Shown here in pieces: positions 9,233 to 20,533 of a stretch of 61,492 bases of DNA. The first letter of the stretch is position 1; every line of letters starts with the position of its first letter. Under the pieces are notes generated by a model that saw nothing but the letters and a program-made list of their open reading frames with translations, was not told the origin of the DNA and searched no databases. This DNA comes from Sulfurovum sp. (GTDB lineage: Bacteria > Campylobacterota > Campylobacteria > Campylobacterales > Sulfurovaceae). The DNA lies in assembly GCA_026983515.1 (NCBI GenBank), contig JALWHT010000054.1, positions 1-61,492 of the forward strand. Direction: 5' to 3'. Made by a program: the position numbers and the translations under genes.

Positions 9233-10222
9233 TTACAGTGATGTAACCCGGCGTGCACCCTTGAAACGTTGAGAGTAGAACGGCTTTTTGAGGCTGGTGA
9301 TGATTACTTTCTTCTTGGCCGAACTTGCATGGATGAACTTACCGTTTCCAATATAGATACCAACATGGTTTACATATCCCCTGTGATGTTTGGATGTATC
9401 GAAGAATACGAGATCGCCTGGTTTGAGTTCACTACGCTTGACAGGTTTCCCGACTTTAGATTGCTCAATGGCACGTCTTGGAATTTTGATACCGTTAGCC
9501 TTGCAGACATATGTGGTGAGACCAGAGCAGTCAAAGGTATTTTTCTGTCCTGTTGCGCCCCATACATAATGTCTTCCTAATTTTTTCTTTGCAATTTCGA
9601 TCATTCTTTTTGATTTCTTTGAAAGTTTTCCGTTGAAATGGTCGCTGCCAAATACCAGGTCACTTAACGTGAACTTTCTGGATTTTTTAACATGAACCTT
9701 CGCTATCCTGCTCCCTCTTGCATGCTTGAGTGCATTTGCCAGTTTTTTGTCCGATCTCTTTGTTGTTTTTTTGGCAACTCTTGTTTTCTTTACGGTGTGG
9801 TGTACGCTGGTATCCGGGATGGTAAGTGTATGTCCGGGCTTTAGTGTTGCCTCTTTGTTTAGGTGGTTTGTTTTAGTGAGTGCAGCGAGTGAAATGTGGT
9901 GTTTTTGGGCAATTCCAGAGAGAGTGTCACCTTTTTTAATAGTATAGTGTGCTGCTTTTTTTGTAGTGTGTTTGGCTATCTTTGTACTTTTTGTTGTAGG
10001 CACTTTAATCGCTTTGCCGACTTTGAGTATACTATTTTTCTTGATACCATTGAGTTTGCAAAGTCTATCAACAGTCGTATGATTCTTTTTGGCAATAGTG
10101 TAAAGAGATTCTCCGCTTTTAATGGTATGTTTAGTTGTTTTTGTCGTAGCATGCGCAGTAACAGTAGCGATAGAAATGGGAAGCAGTAGTTTATAGATAC
10201 GTTTCAATTCAATCCTCCTCAA
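9233..10222 (-). CDS. LysM-LysM-NlpC/P60 peptidoglycan endopeptidase
   Basis: Signal peptide, two LysM repeats (HTIKSGESLYTIA, YTIKKGDTLSGIA), FDCSG and HVGIYIG. Confidence 0.92.
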   Translation of the reverse strand: MRRIELKRIYKLLLPISIATVTAHATTKTTKHTIKSGESLYTIAKKNHTTVDRLCKLNGIKKNSILKVGKAIKVPTTKSTKIAKHTTKKAAHYTIKKGDTLSGIAQKHHISLAALTKTNHLNKEATLKPGHTLTIPDTSVHHTVKKTRVAKKTTKRSDKKLANALKHARGSRIAKVHVKKSRKFTLSDLVFGSDHFNGKLSKKSKRMIEIAKKKLGRHYVWGATGQKNTFDCSGLTTYVCKANGIKIPRRAIEQSKVGKPVKRSELKPGDLVFFDTSKHHRGYVNHVGIYIGNGKFIHASSAKKKVIITSLKKPFYSQRFKGARRVTSL

Positions 10223-10408
10223 GATAAAAAGTGGCTAATTCTTTCAGCATAATATTCTCATACTAAAAAATATTTAACCAACTGTTGTAGCATTGTAGCT
10301 GTATTCGATTAATAAAAAATAAATGAACAATTAAATATAACTGAATAGAATATTTATGTTCATTCGGCTTCAAGAGAGATTAAAAATTGTATTAATGGAC
10401 AGTACATC

Positions 10409-10488
10409 AATATTGGTAACCTGGCGATCTTCATGAGACCCATGGCTTTCCGTCCCCTCCTCGCGAAGGGTTTGGCTTTTTCAATATC
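10409..10488 (-). ncRNA. Cyclic di-GMP-I (GEMM-I) riboswitch
   Basis: Minus strand GATATTG-AAAAAGCCAAACCCTTCGCGAGGAGGGGACGGAAAGCCATGGGTCTCATGAAGATCGCCAGGTTAC-CAATATT; P1, GNRA-capped P2 and P3 can form. Confidence 0.85.
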
Positions 10489-10591
10489 TCTTACAAAAAA
10501 TAATAACGTTTCTTAGATTAAAAAAAAATAAAAATAATGTGGCTATCGTATTCTTTCAGGGAATAGGTTGTCAGTGTTTTTGTAAGATGTA

Positions 10592-10680
10592 TGGCAGGCA
10601 GGAAGGGATTCGAACCCTCGAGGGCTATTAACCCTACACGAGTTCCAGTCGTGCGCCTTCGACCACTCGGCCACCTGCCT
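10592..10680 (-). tRNA. tRNA-Ser(GGA)
   Basis: Cloverleaf with long variable arm, anticodon GGA. Confidence 0.95.
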
Positions 10681-10719
10681 ATAGCCTGTACATATTAATG
10701 TATGTGGGTATACAAAAGT

Positions 10720-10824
10720 ACCTCTTCCCAGATGGCTGCGGCACACGAGAAAGAGGGGTGGGCTGCTACGTTCCCGTCCTGACCCGTTGTCCCTCAGTCC
10801 CGTTGCACAGGTCTGAAAAGAGGC
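10720..10824 (-). ncRNA. ffs: SRP RNA (4.5S)
   Basis: Long hairpin with domain IV GGUCAGGACGGGAACGUAGCAGCC; TGCTATAAT promoter at 10831-10839 (minus). Confidence 0.92.
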
Positions 10825-10929
10825 ACGCGAATTATAGCAGAGGGAAGCTTATAGCAATATGCGGTGGAATATTTACTACAGATTTTTATCCTATTCCCTT
10901 GACAACACAATGTAGTTTGGTTTGCATCC

Positions 10930-12009
10930 TCATTCCTCATTTTCTGTATGTGCAATACTCCATTCATTAAACGGTACTGCCTCAAAGTGCTGTTTTTCAA
11001 TGTCAAAGGTATAGCTGTTTGCAACAGTGACAATGGTGATTTTTGCAATGCCATATTTTTTGTAGATGGAAAACTTTTTTTGTGATTTGACCCAGACGCT
11101 CTCTTCGCTTTCAAACGGGGCAGGGACAATCAGCTCATTGTTAGATGAGATGTAGCCGTGTATTCCCAGTGTTTTAAAGGCGATGCCGTGTTTGATGAGT
11201 GTCAGTGCGATCATACTATCAAACTGTGTACCAAAAGGCTGATGGGCGGTGAGGTATTTGGCAAAGGCAAAATCGTACATGATCATCTTTTTGCCGCTGC
11301 GCTTGATGGCATTGTCGATGAAGTAGAGCAGTCCCTCCTGTTCAAAGCGCTTGACGGCACTGTAGACAAAATCTTTTGAGATGCGGAAGTACTCCTTGGT
11401 AAAGGTATAGATCTGATGCACTGTCATTGGCTGTGTATTGTAGCGGGCAAGTATGAGGATGAGAGACTGCTCGTTGGGAGAGAACTGCTGCTGAAAGAAC
11501 TGTTTCATCTTCAGGATTGTATTTTGGGTATATCCCGCCATGGCAGGGAGCGTACCAGCTTTGAGAAAGTGGTTGAAGGCAACTGAAGCGGAACTGCCGT
11601 GTTCAAAAGCGATAAACTCTTCATAATCGAGGGGAAAAAGTTGTATGGGGTGATATCCAGTTTCACTAATAGGTATGCGACTGATCAGGATTATACGTTC
11701 TACGTTTGGGAAGGTATCTATCATTCCCGTTTCATAGTGGTCGAGAATGAGTTCTGTGATCCCATACTCTTCAATGAATGCCTGAAGGGGGAGCGTATCA
11801 AGGGTGCTGAGGATGAGGTTGGGATCTTCAAGATCGATATAAAGGGTATGTTCGTCCCTGTTTTTGAGATAGTCCAGTGCCAGCGCGGTTTTACCGCAGC
11901 CTCTTGCGCCATAAAGGTTGATATTGCCATCTGCAGGCAGTGTGGTCTTGCGTACAATATAGTGGTCGTTTTGGGGAGGATGGGTGTGATAATGTTCAAG
12001 CAAATCCAT
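10930..12009 (-). CDS. AAA+ superfamily ATP-binding protein (AAA_14-like)
   Basis: Walker A GARGCGKT, YIDLED, LFPLDYEEF; likely start MDLLEH. Confidence 0.8.
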   Translation of the reverse strand: MDLLEHYHTHPPQNDHYIVRKTTLPADGNINLYGARGCGKTALALDYLKNRDEHTLYIDLEDPNLILSTLDTLPLQAFIEEYGITELILDHYETGMIDTFPNVERIILISRIPISETGYHPIQLFPLDYEEFIAFEHGSSASVAFNHFLKAGTLPAMAGYTQNTILKMKQFFQQQFSPNEQSLILILARYNTQPMTVHQIYTFTKEYFRISKDFVYSAVKRFEQEGLLYFIDNAIKRSGKKMIMYDFAFAKYLTAHQPFGTQFDSMIALTLIKHGIAFKTLGIHGYISSNNELIVPAPFESEESVWVKSQKKFSIYKKYGIAKITIVTVANSYTFDIEKQHFEAVPFNEWSIAHTENEE

Positions 12010-12081
12010 AAAAATCCCTATAATTTTCCTTTTTATAAGGAAATAATTTTCAATATTGTACCATTTTGAGCCTAAAAAGTA

Positions 12082-12110
12082 TTGCACCTTTGAGAAAGTT
12101 TGGATATAAT
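12082..12110 (+). promoter_or_regulatory. sigma70 promoter of the S10 operon
   Basis: TTGCAC-17 bp-TATAAT. Confidence 0.7.
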
Positions 12111-12198
12111 TCGCGTTCCTAAATTTATGTTAGGCGTATCAAAAGCCCCGAAAAGCGGATGCTTTGGGTATGGCTAACGAGTTCTTTAAAGGGTAAAA

Positions 12199-12510
12199 AT
12201 GGAAAAAATCAGATTGAAGCTTAAAGCTTATGATCACCGTGTTTTAGACAGATCAGTTGCTGCTATCGTAGATGCAGTCAAGCGTACAGGTGCAGAGATT
12301 AGAGGGCCGATTCCAATGCCAACTAAGATCAAGCGTTATACCGTACTGAAATCACCACACGTGAACAAAGATTCTCGCGAACAGTTCGAGATCAGAATTC
12401 ACGGAAGAATGATCGACATCGTTTCAGCCACTTCCGACACCATCGACTCACTGATGAAGTTGGATCTTGCGCCTGAGATCGAAGTTGAGATCAGATCAAT
12501 GGACAAGTAG
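12199..12510 (+). CDS. rpsJ: 30S ribosomal protein S10
   Basis: [24 protein letters not shown]. Confidence 0.98.
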   Translation: MEKIRLKLKAYDHRVLDRSVAAIVDAVKRTGAEIRGPIPMPTKIKRYTVLKSPHVNKDSREQFEIRIHGRMIDIVSATSDTIDSLMKLDLAPEIEVEIRSMDK

Positions 12511-12520
12511 GAGAGCAGAC

Positions 12521-13102
12521 ATGGAATTTATTGTAGAAAAAATTGGTATGAGTAGAACCATCGACGTACCAAGTGTTCCAGTTACACTTCTCAAAGTCGT
12601 TGATGCAAAAGTGTGTGAAGTAAGAGAAGACGGAAAAGCACTCGTTGCGTACAACAGCAGCAAGAAGATCAACAAAGCGATCGAAGGTCAGCAGAACAAG
12701 TTTGGTATCTCCAAAGAGTTCAACAAGTTTATGACCATCGAAGTAGCTGAGGGTACTGAAGCAGGTGACCTGAATCCGGCACCACTCGCGGAAGCAGCGG
12801 TTGTCAAAACATCTTTGAACACCAAAGGTAGAGGTTTCCAGGGTGGTATGAAGCGTCACGGATTCGGTGGCGGACCAGGTTCTCACGGACACAGATTCGG
12901 AAGACGTATCGGTTCTATCGGTAATGCCGAGTGGCCAGGACGTGTACAGAAGGGTAAAAAAATGCCTGGACAGTACGGTAACACTAAAGTAACAGTAAAA
13001 AATGAAGTGATTTCATTCGATGCTGAGAACGGCATCCTAGTATTAAAAGGTTCAATTCCTGGACACAACGGTGCCAGAGGATTGGTAAGGATCGTTAAAT
13101 GA
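12521..13102 (+). CDS. rplC: 50S ribosomal protein L3
   Basis: [19 protein letters not shown]; start after GGAG RBS. Confidence 0.98.
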   Translation: MEFIVEKIGMSRTIDVPSVPVTLLKVVDAKVCEVREDGKALVAYNSSKKINKAIEGQQNKFGISKEFNKFMTIEVAEGTEAGDLNPAPLAEAAVVKTSLNTKGRGFQGGMKRHGFGGGPGSHGHRFGRRIGSIGNAEWPGRVQKGKKMPGQYGNTKVTVKNEVISFDAENGILVLKGSIPGHNGARGLVRIVK

Positions 13103-13692
13103 GCAATGTAACAACTATTAAAACAACAGACCTTCCACAGAAGTTTTTGGAAGTTCACCCGCACAACCTTTACCTATACTGTAAAGCGTATGCTTCTGGA
13201 CTCAGAGCGAACACTGCGCAGACAAAGAACAGATCTGCAGTAAGCGGTGGTGGTAGAAAGCCGTTTGCGCAAAAAGGCGGCGGACGTGCGAGACAGGGTT
13301 CAATCAGAGCGCCTCACTTCAGAGGCGGTGGTGTCGTATTCGGACCGAGTACAGAGAGAAACTATGACCAGAAAGTCAACAAAAAGCAGAAGAAACTGGC
13401 GCTTTACCATGCATTGGCAGAGAAAGCGGCAAATGATGCACTTTTTGTTGTTGACAGTGTTGTCATTGAATCAGGAAAAACCAAAGATGCACTGGCATTT
13501 GTAAACGGTCTGAACCAGAGAGATGTACTGGTTGTTAAAGAGTTGATCGATGACAAAACATTCCTGGCATTCAGAAACCTTCAGAATGCATACCTGGTTG
13601 AAGCAAATGAGCTTAACGCATATCTTGCAGCGGCATATCACTCTGTAGTGATCGAAAAAGCTGTATTTGACAAATTGACACAAGAGGCTTAA
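13099..13692 (+). CDS. rplD: 50S ribosomal protein L4
   Basis: [19 protein letters not shown]. Confidence 0.98.
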   Translation: MSNVTTIKTTDLPQKFLEVHPHNLYLYCKAYASGLRANTAQTKNRSAVSGGGRKPFAQKGGGRARQGSIRAPHFRGGGVVFGPSTERNYDQKVNKKQKKLALYHALAEKAANDALFVVDSVVIESGKTKDALAFVNGLNQRDVLVVKELIDDKTFLAFRNLQNAYLVEANELNAYLAAAYHSVVIEKAVFDKLTQEA

Positions 13693-13693
13693 G

Positions 13694-13975
13694 ATGGCAG
13701 ATATTACAGATATTAAATCAATTATGTATACAGAGAAGAGCCTGGCTCTTCAGGAAGACGGTGTCATCGTAGTTCAAACAACTCCAAGAATGACTAAAAA
13801 CGGTCTTAAAGAAGTCTTCAAAGAGTTCTTCGGGATCACGCCACTTAAAGTAAACTCTATGAGAGTCAACGGAAAAGTGAAAAGATTCAAAGGTATCGAA
13901 GGGAAAAGACCGGACACAAAGAAGTTCTATGTCAAACTCCCTGAAGATGCGAAGATCGAAAGCTTAGCGGTATAA
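13694..13975 (+). CDS. rplW: 50S ribosomal protein L23
   Basis: TEKS, KKFYVKL; operon position. Confidence 0.97.
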   Translation: MADITDIKSIMYTEKSLALQEDGVIVVQTTPRMTKNGLKEVFKEFFGITPLKVNSMRVNGKVKRFKGIEGKRPDTKKFYVKLPEDAKIESLAV

Positions 13976-13985
13976 GGAATAAGAA

Positions 13986-14813
13986 ATGGCAATTAAATCA
14001 TATAAACCATATACACCTTCCAGAAGGTACATGACAAACCTTGACAGCAGTGACATTACCGCTAAGGCTGGCGTAAGATCACTGCTCGTGAACATCTCGA
14101 GAAAAGCGGGTAGAAACAGCAATGGTAGAATCACATCACGCCATAAAGAAGCAGGTGCGAAGAAACTCTACAGAATCATTGACTTCAAAAGAAACAAGTT
14201 TGGTGTAGAGGGTACTGTTGCAACAGTTGAGTATGACCCGTACAGAAACTGTAGAATCTGTCTTGTCAAGTATACAGACGGTGACAGAAGATACATTCTT
14301 CAGCCAAAAGGTCTCAATGTCGGTGACAAGATTATGGCAGCAGAAGCTGGACTTGATATCAAGACCGGTAACGCAATGAAGCTGAAGAACATCCCAGTGG
14401 GTACACTGGTACACAACATCGAGCTTAGCCCAGGTCACGGCGCTCAAATTGCACGTTCAGCGGGTGGTTACGCACAGATCATGGGTAGAGACGGTAAGTA
14501 TGTTTCCCTCAGACTCCCATCGGGTGAGATGAGATATGTACTCGGTGAGTGTCTTGCAACCATCGGTACAGTCGGTAACGAAGATTTTGCAAACATTGTT
14601 ATCGGTAAAGCCGGTAGAAGCAGACATCTCGGTATAAGACCTCAGACACGTGGTTCTGCGATGAACCCGATCGATCACCCACACGGTGGTGGTGAAGGTA
14701 AAACCAACTCAGGTCGTCACCCGGTATCTCCTTGGGGTATGCCAACGAAGGGTTACAAGACTCGTAAGAAGAAGGCGAGCGACAAGCTCATCATCAGCAA
14801 GAGAAAAAAGTAA
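13986..14813 (+). CDS. rplB: 50S ribosomal protein L2
   Basis: [17 protein letters not shown]. Confidence 0.98.
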   Translation: MAIKSYKPYTPSRRYMTNLDSSDITAKAGVRSLLVNISRKAGRNSNGRITSRHKEAGAKKLYRIIDFKRNKFGVEGTVATVEYDPYRNCRICLVKYTDGDRRYILQPKGLNVGDKIMAAEAGLDIKTGNAMKLKNIPVGTLVHNIELSPGHGAQIARSAGGYAQIMGRDGKYVSLRLPSGEMRYVLGECLATIGTVGNEDFANIVIGKAGRSRHLGIRPQTRGSAMNPIDHPHGGGEGKTNSGRHPVSPWGMPTKGYKTRKKKASDKLIISKRKK

Positions 14814-14824
14814 GGGGCTAAGAT

Positions 14825-15103
14825 ATGGCAAGATCGTTAAAAAAAGGTCCATTCATCGATGGTCACCTAATGAAAAAAGTACTGAAAGCAAAAGAAGAGG
14901 GTTCAAACAAGCCTATCAAAACCTGGTCAAGAAGATCTGTGATCTTCCCAGAGTTTATCGGTTTGACTATCAACGTACACAACGGACGCCAGTTCGTACC
15001 TGTATTCATTACAGAAAACCACGTTGGATACAAGCTTGGTGAATTTGCACCAACAAGAACATTCAAGGGCCATAAAGGTTCTGTTCAGAAGAAGGTAGGG
15101 TAA
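14825..15103 (+). CDS. rpsS: 30S ribosomal protein S19
   Basis: [17 protein letters not shown]. Confidence 0.98.
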   Translation: MARSLKKGPFIDGHLMKKVLKAKEEGSNKPIKTWSRRSVIFPEFIGLTINVHNGRQFVPVFITENHVGYKLGEFAPTRTFKGHKGSVQKKVG

Positions 15104-15104
15104 G

Positions 15105-15443
15105 ATGAGTAGAGCACTATTGAAATTCGTAAGAGTATCACCTACAAAAGCGAGACTGATCGCAAGAGAAGTTCAGGGAATGAATGCCGAGTTGGCACTC
15201 GCATCACTGGAATTTATGCCGAACAAAGCAGCGGGTATCATTTCCAAAGTTATCGCTTCAGCAGTTGCAAACGGTGACTATGAGCCGGAAGAAGTTGAAA
15301 TTACATCATGCAGAGTAGATAAAGCGGCAGTAATGAAACGATGGAGACCTAGAGCAAGAGGTACTGCGTCAAGAATCATTAAACCAACGGCACACATCCT
15401 TGTTGAAGTTGGTCCAGCTAAAAAAGATGGGGAGGACGCATAA
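15105..15443 (+). CDS. rplV: 50S ribosomal protein L22
   Basis: SPTKARL, PRARG. Confidence 0.98.
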   Translation: MSRALLKFVRVSPTKARLIAREVQGMNAELALASLEFMPNKAAGIISKVIASAVANGDYEPEEVEITSCRVDKAAVMKRWRPRARGTASRIIKPTAHILVEVGPAKKDGEDA

Positions 15444-15444
15444 T

Positions 15445-16143
15445 ATGGGTCAGAAAGTCAATCCGATAGGTCTTAGACTCGGAATCAACAGAAACTGGGA
15501 ATCAAGATGGTTCCCGGCCAAAACAAGAGCAGCTGATTTCATTGCAGAAGATCACAAAATCAGAAAGTTTCTGAAAAAAGAGCTTTTTTATGCTGGTGTC
15601 TCCAACATCATCATTGAAAGAACTGTTAAAAAACTCAGAATCAACATTGTTACGGCACGTCCCGGTATCATTATTGGAAAGAAAGGTGCAGATATTGAGA
15701 AACTCAAATCTACACTGACTAAAATGCTTGGAAAAGATGTTGCGATCAACATTAAAGAAGAAAAACGTCCTCAGGCTTCAGCGCAACTGGCAGCAGAAAA
15801 CGTTGCAACACAGCTTGAGCGCCGCGTTGCCTTCAGACGTGCGATGAAAAAAGTGATTCAGGGTGCACTCAAGTCTGGTGCAAAAGGAATCAAAATCTCT
15901 GTATCAGGTAGACTGGGTGGTGCTGAAATGGCAAGAACCGAGTGGTACCTTGAGGGTCGTGTGCCTCTGCATACACTCAGAGCGAAGATCGACTATGGGT
16001 TTGCTGAAGCGCATACTACATATGGAATCATCGGAATCAAAGTATGGATCTTCAAAGGTGAAGTCCTTGCAAAAGGGATCCAGGCTGAGCCGAAAGAAGA
16101 GAAAAAGGGTGGTCGAAGACCTTCCAGAAAGAGAGGTGAATAA
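15445..16143 (+). CDS. rpsC: 30S ribosomal protein S3
   Basis: [23 protein letters not shown]. Confidence 0.98.
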   Translation: MGQKVNPIGLRLGINRNWESRWFPAKTRAADFIAEDHKIRKFLKKELFYAGVSNIIIERTVKKLRINIVTARPGIIIGKKGADIEKLKSTLTKMLGKDVAINIKEEKRPQASAQLAAENVATQLERRVAFRRAMKKVIQGALKSGAKGIKISVSGRLGGAEMARTEWYLEGRVPLHTLRAKIDYGFAEAHTTYGIIGIKVWIFKGEVLAKGIQAEPKEEKKGGRRPSRKRGE

Positions 16144-16145
16144 CC

Positions 16146-16571
16146 ATGTTGATGCCTAAAAGAACCAAATGGAGAAAGCAGCAAAAAGGTCGTAACCGCG
16201 GTAAGTCTTTCAGAGGGAACAAGATTGAGTTCGGTGATATTGCAATCAAAGCGGTAGAGGCTGGACGTATTGACTCTCGTCAGATTGAAGCGGCACGTAT
16301 TACGATGACAAGAAAGATTAACAGAACCGGTAAAACATGGATCCGTGTATTCCCGGACAAGCCTCTTACAGCCAAGCCTCTTGAAACAAGGATGGGTAAA
16401 GGTAAAGGTGCTGTTGACAGATGGGTAATGAATATCAAGCCCGGACGTATCATCTTTGAAATGGCAGGCGTTGACGAGTCTCTTGCAAGAGAGGCGTTGA
16501 CACTGGCGATCCATAAACTGCCATTCAAGTGTAAAATCATCACTTCAAAGGACAGTAATGAAATATATTGA
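16146..16571 (+). CDS. rplP: 50S ribosomal protein L16
   Basis: [15 protein letters not shown]. Confidence 0.98.
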   Translation: MLMPKRTKWRKQQKGRNRGKSFRGNKIEFGDIAIKAVEAGRIDSRQIEAARITMTRKINRTGKTWIRVFPDKPLTAKPLETRMGKGKGAVDRWVMNIKPGRIIFEMAGVDESLAREALTLAIHKLPFKCKIITSKDSNEIY

Positions 16572-16749
16572 TTTGAAAGACAAGAGCGAAGCAGAACTGC
16601 TTGACATGCTCAAAGAGAAAAAACTGGAACTGTTTACACTGAATGCAAAGTTGAAAACGATGCAGCTGACAAACACTTCAGAGTTGAGAACAGCGAAGAA
16701 AGATATCGCCAGAATCCAGACAGCATTGACTGCTGTAAGATCGAAGTAA
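16558..16749 (+). CDS. rpmC: 50S ribosomal protein L29
   Basis: KKDIARIQT; operon position. Confidence 0.97.
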   Translation: MKYIDLKDKSEAELLDMLKEKKLELFTLNAKLKTMQLTNTSELRTAKKDIARIQTALTAVRSK

Positions 16750-16759
16750 GGGGTCACCT

Positions 16760-17008
16760 ATGCCAAAAAGACAAATACAAGGAACTGTGATCAAAAAGGC
16801 TGGAGACAAGACGGCAACCGTACTGGTTGAGCGTCGTGTACTTCACCCAAGATATCACAAGACAGTAAAAAGATTTAAAAAATATCTTGTTCATGATGAG
16901 AAAAACGATGCAAATGTTGGAGATACAATCACTGCTATTGAGTGCAGACCACTCTCCAAGAACAAGAGCTTTAGACTTCTTGAAATCGTGAAGAGAGGAG
17001 AACTGTAA
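16760..17008 (+). CDS. rpsQ: 30S ribosomal protein S17
   Basis: HPRYHK, ECRPLSK. Confidence 0.98.
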   Translation: MPKRQIQGTVIKKAGDKTATVLVERRVLHPRYHKTVKRFKKYLVHDEKNDANVGDTITAIECRPLSKNKSFRLLEIVKRGEL

Positions 17009-17376
17009 TGATTCAGGGATTTACAAGACTGAACGTAGCGGATAACTCCGGTGCGAAAGAGATCATGTGTATCAAGGTTCTTGGCGGATCAAAAAGAAGA
17101 TATGCATCAGTAGGTGATGTAATTGTTGCCTCTGTAAAAAAAGCACTTCCTACCGGTAAAGTGAAAAAAGGTAAGGTTGTCAAAGCGGTTGTTGTAAGAA
17201 CAAAGAAAGAGATCCAGAGAGAAAACGGTTCACTGATCAGATTCGACGACAATGCAGCGGTAATCATCGATGACAAAAAGGAGCCAATCGGTACACGTAT
17301 CTTTGGCCCTGTCAGTCGTGAAACAAGATATGCAGGATTCATGAAAATTGTATCCCTCGCACCGGAGGTATGGTAA
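17008..17376 (+). CDS. rplN: 50S ribosomal protein L14
   Basis: [16 protein letters not shown]. Confidence 0.98.
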   Translation: MIQGFTRLNVADNSGAKEIMCIKVLGGSKRRYASVGDVIVASVKKALPTGKVKKGKVVKAVVVRTKKEIQRENGSLIRFDDNAAVIIDDKKEPIGTRIFGPVSRETRYAGFMKIVSLAPEVW

Positions 17377-17609
17377 TGGCGAATAAATTCAAAATCAAAA
17401 AAGGTGATCAGGTACAGATCATCGCTGGTGACGACAAGGGAAAGACCGGAGAAGTTCTCCAGGTACTTACCAAGAAAGATGCAGTGATCGTTGCAGGCTG
17501 TAAGATGGCTAAAAAAGCTGTTAAGCCGAGCGAGCAGAACAAAGAGGGTGGATTTGTCAATAAAGAGATGCCGATCCATATCTCAAATGTAAAAAAAGTA
17601 GAGGGTTAA
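17376..17609 (+). CDS. rplX: 50S ribosomal protein L24
   Basis: [23 protein letters not shown]. Confidence 0.97.
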   Translation: MANKFKIKKGDQVQIIAGDDKGKTGEVLQVLTKKDAVIVAGCKMAKKAVKPSEQNKEGGFVNKEMPIHISNVKKVEG

Positions 17610-17613
17610 TCCT

Positions 17614-18159
17614 ATGAGTAGAATGAAGCAAAAGTACAATGACATCGTACCTGCACTGCGCGAAGAGTGCGGGGTGAAAAACCCGATGCAGACACCGAAG
17701 CTTGAAAAGATCGTCATCTCTGTCGGTGCCGGTGAAGAGGGAAGAGATTCCAAACTCATCGCCAATATGGCAGACACTATCTCTCTTATCGCCGGTCAGA
17801 AAGCGGTAATCGTTAATGCCAAAAAGTCTGTTGCAGGCTTTAAAGCAAGAGAAGGTGCCCCGTCAGGAATCAGAGTAACACTCAGAGGAGAGAATATGTA
17901 CAACTTCTTTGACAAGCTCGTTTCTATTGCCCTGCCAAGAGTGAAAGACTTCAGAGGGGTGCCAAGAAAAGGGTTCGACGGTCGCGGTAACTACAACTTC
18001 GGTCTTCAAGAACAGCTGATGTTCCCTGAAGTCGATTATGACAATATTATCAAGACACATGGTATGAACATCACGATTGTCACCAACACTGAAGATGACA
18101 AAGAAGCATTCACGCTTTTAGAAAAGCTTGGTATGCCTTTCGCTAAAGGGAGAAACTAA
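17614..18159 (+). CDS. rplE: 50S ribosomal protein L5
   Basis: [16 protein letters not shown]. Confidence 0.98.
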   Translation: MSRMKQKYNDIVPALREECGVKNPMQTPKLEKIVISVGAGEEGRDSKLIANMADTISLIAGQKAVIVNAKKSVAGFKAREGAPSGIRVTLRGENMYNFFDKLVSIALPRVKDFRGVPRKGFDGRGNYNFGLQEQLMFPEVDYDNIIKTHGMNITIVTNTEDDKEAFTLLEKLGMPFAKGRN

Positions 18160-18344
18160 TGGCTAAGAAATCGATGATTGCAAAGCAGAAGAGAAAACCT
18201 AAGTTCGCTGTTCAGGCGTACACCAGATGTAACATCTGCGGAAGACCGCACTCTGTCTACAGAGACTTCGGTATCTGCCGTATTTGTTTGAGAAAAATGG
18301 CCAATGAAGGTCTTATTCCCGGAATGCGTAAAGCAAGCTGGTAA
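18159..18344 (+). CDS. rpsN: 30S ribosomal protein S14, zinc-binding type
   Basis: 61 aa, CNICGR...CRIC. Confidence 0.97.
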   Translation: MAKKSMIAKQKRKPKFAVQAYTRCNICGRPHSVYRDFGICRICLRKMANEGLIPGMRKASW

Positions 18345-18357
18345 GGAGAAGTAAAAG

Positions 18358-18753
18358 ATGATGACAGATATAATTGCAGACTCACTGACTCGTATCAGAA
18401 ACGCTGCGCAAAGAAAACTGGATGTTACGACACTTCTTCACTCTAATATGATCGAGGCGATTGTACAGATCTTTGTTGACAAAGGGTACCTCGAGAGTTA
18501 CAAAGTGAAAGAAGACGGTAACAAAAAGACGATTAAAGTTGTACTGAAGTACGACGAAAATGAAAAGAGTGTGATCAACGAGATCACAAAGATCTCCAAA
18601 CCCGGAAGACGTGTTCACAAGGGTAAAGATGAGATCAGAACATTTAAAAACGGTTACGGTACACTGGTTGTTTCTACAAGCCAAGGCGTACTTGCCAACG
18701 ATGAAGCGTATAAGCGTGGTATCGGCGGCGAAGTAATCTGTAGTATTTGGTAA
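18358..18753 (+). CDS. rpsH: 30S ribosomal protein S8
   Basis: [17 protein letters not shown]. Confidence 0.98.
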   Translation: MMTDIIADSLTRIRNAAQRKLDVTTLLHSNMIEAIVQIFVDKGYLESYKVKEDGNKKTIKVVLKYDENEKSVINEITKISKPGRRVHKGKDEIRTFKNGYGTLVVSTSQGVLANDEAYKRGIGGEVICSIW

Positions 18754-18762
18754 GGAGACAAG

Positions 18763-19299
18763 ATGTCAAGAATAGGAAAAAGACCAGTAACTGTCGCAAA
18801 CGGTATTGATGTATCTCTCGACGGTACGACTCTCGTGGCTAAAAAAGGCAATCTTGAAAAGAGACTTGAAACACACGGACGTGTCGGTGTGAACATCGAT
18901 GGGAACGAAGTAACTTTCATCAGAAAAGGTGACGATAAGCAGTCTGCCGCTTTCTGGGGAACCTACAGAGCACTTTTCAACAACATCATTATCGGTCTTG
19001 ACAAGGGCTTCCAGAAGTCACTTGAGATCAATGGTGTCGGTTACAGAGCGGCAGTTCAGGGTAAAGTACTTAACCTGCAGCTTGGGTTCTCACATGATAT
19101 CAACTTCGAGATTCCAGAGGGACTCGAAATTACTGTCGACAAGAACATCATTACCATAAAAGGTACTGACAAGCAGGCCGTCGGACAGGCAGCTGCTGAG
19201 ATCAGAGCATACAGACCACCTGAGCCTTACAAAGGAAAAGGTGTGAAGTACACAGATGAAGTTATCATCAGAAAAGCCGGTAAAGCGGCCGGTAAGTAA
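18763..19299 (+). CDS. rplF: 50S ribosomal protein L6
   Basis: [14 protein letters not shown]. Confidence 0.98.
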   Translation: MSRIGKRPVTVANGIDVSLDGTTLVAKKGNLEKRLETHGRVGVNIDGNEVTFIRKGDDKQSAAFWGTYRALFNNIIIGLDKGFQKSLEINGVGYRAAVQGKVLNLQLGFSHDINFEIPEGLEITVDKNIITIKGTDKQAVGQAAAEIRAYRPPEPYKGKGVKYTDEVIIRKAGKAAGK

Positions 19300-19309
19300 G
19301 GGGCGATAG

Positions 19310-19666
19310 ATGTTAAAAAGTATTCAGAAAAGAAAAAACAAACTTCGCGCTCAGAGAAAAGCAAGAGTAAGAGGCAAGATCTTCGGTACAGCTGAACTGC
19401 CTAGACTCTCTATCTACAAGTCAAACAAGCATGTCTATGCTCAGGCGATCGACGATAATGCAGGTGCTACACTTGCTGCTGTTGACGGTAGAAAGCTCGG
19501 ACTCAAAGCGAACAGAGAAGACGCGAAGAAAGTGGCTGCCGAAATGGCAAAAGCACTTGCTTCTAAAAACATTGAGACAGTTGTATTTGACAGAAACGGT
19601 TACCTCTACCATGGTGTTGTTGCCGCATTCGCAGATGGCCTCAGAGAAGCCGGAATTAAGTTTTAA
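19310..19666 (+). CDS. rplR: 50S ribosomal protein L18
   Basis: [11 protein letters not shown]. Confidence 0.98.
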   Translation: MLKSIQKRKNKLRAQRKARVRGKIFGTAELPRLSIYKSNKHVYAQAIDDNAGATLAAVDGRKLGLKANREDAKKVAAEMAKALASKNIETVVFDRNGYLYHGVVAAFADGLREAGIKF

Positions 19667-19672
19667 GGAAGC

Positions 19673-20122
19673 ATGATGGAAAATCAAGAAATCGAAAAAG
19701 AATTCGAAGAAGTGATCGTAAACATCGGTCGTGTTACCAAGGTTGTCAAGGGTGGTAGACGATTCAGATTTACTGCACTTGTCGTCATCGGTGACAAAAA
19801 AGGTAACGTCGGTTACGGATACGGAAAAGCAAAAGAGGTTCCAGACGCGATCAAGAAAGCGGTTGATGATGCACACAAGAACCTTGTGAAGGTAAACATC
19901 AAGGGAACAACGATCGCGCACGACATCGAGCACAAGTTCAATGCAAGCCGCATCGTTCTTCGCCCGGCGAGTGAAGGTACAGGAGTAATCGCAGGTGGAG
20001 CTGCACGTCCGGTACTCGAACTTGCAGGTGTACAGGATGTACTGTGCAAATCGATCGGTTCAAACAACCCAAATAACCTGGTAAGATGTACGATTCAGGC
20101 ACTTACCAGAATCAAATCGTAA
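19673..20122 (+). CDS. rpsE: 30S ribosomal protein S5
   Basis: [18 protein letters not shown]. Confidence 0.98.
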   Translation: MMENQEIEKEFEEVIVNIGRVTKVVKGGRRFRFTALVVIGDKKGNVGYGYGKAKEVPDAIKKAVDDAHKNLVKVNIKGTTIAHDIEHKFNASRIVLRPASEGTGVIAGGAARPVLELAGVQDVLCKSIGSNNPNNLVRCTIQALTRIKS

Positions 20123-20132
20123 GGGGTATAGT

Positions 20133-20531
20133 ATGGGTCTACATAATTTACAGCCGGCTCCCGGCTCTACTCGCAACAGAAAGAGAGTAGGACGTGGACA
20201 GGGTTCAGGTACAGGTAAAACAGCAGGTCGTGGTAACAAGGGTCAAAAAGCAAGATCAGGTTACAGCAAGAAAAGAGGTTTCGAAGGTGGTCAAATGCCA
20301 CTTTATAAGAGACTTCCTAAAGTTGGATTTGTTTCAAAAGTTGAAAAACCGTACGTCATCAATGTCGACAAGATCAAAGCAGTCGCAGATCTTGACGAGA
20401 TTACACTTGAGAGTATCAAAAGCGTACACAAATTGCAAAAAACCGTTACTAGAGTTAAACTGATCGGTACATCTGCAAAAGATCTTGCAAGCAAGATTAA
20501 AGATGACGCTGTTACCACAAGCGGAAAATAA
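20133..20531 (+). CDS. rplO: 50S ribosomal protein L15
   Basis: [17 protein letters not shown]. Confidence 0.98.
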   Translation: MGLHNLQPAPGSTRNRKRVGRGQGSGTGKTAGRGNKGQKARSGYSKKRGFEGGQMPLYKRLPKVGFVSKVEKPYVINVDKIKAVADLDEITLESIKSVHKLQKTVTRVKLIGTSAKDLASKIKDDAVTTSGK

Positions 20532-20533
20532 TC

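Noticed and set aside
8970-9246. Short ORFs and a poly-C tract as a phase-variable gene
   Set aside because: No RBS or recognisable protein; the tract is intergenic, as is the C-run near 28290
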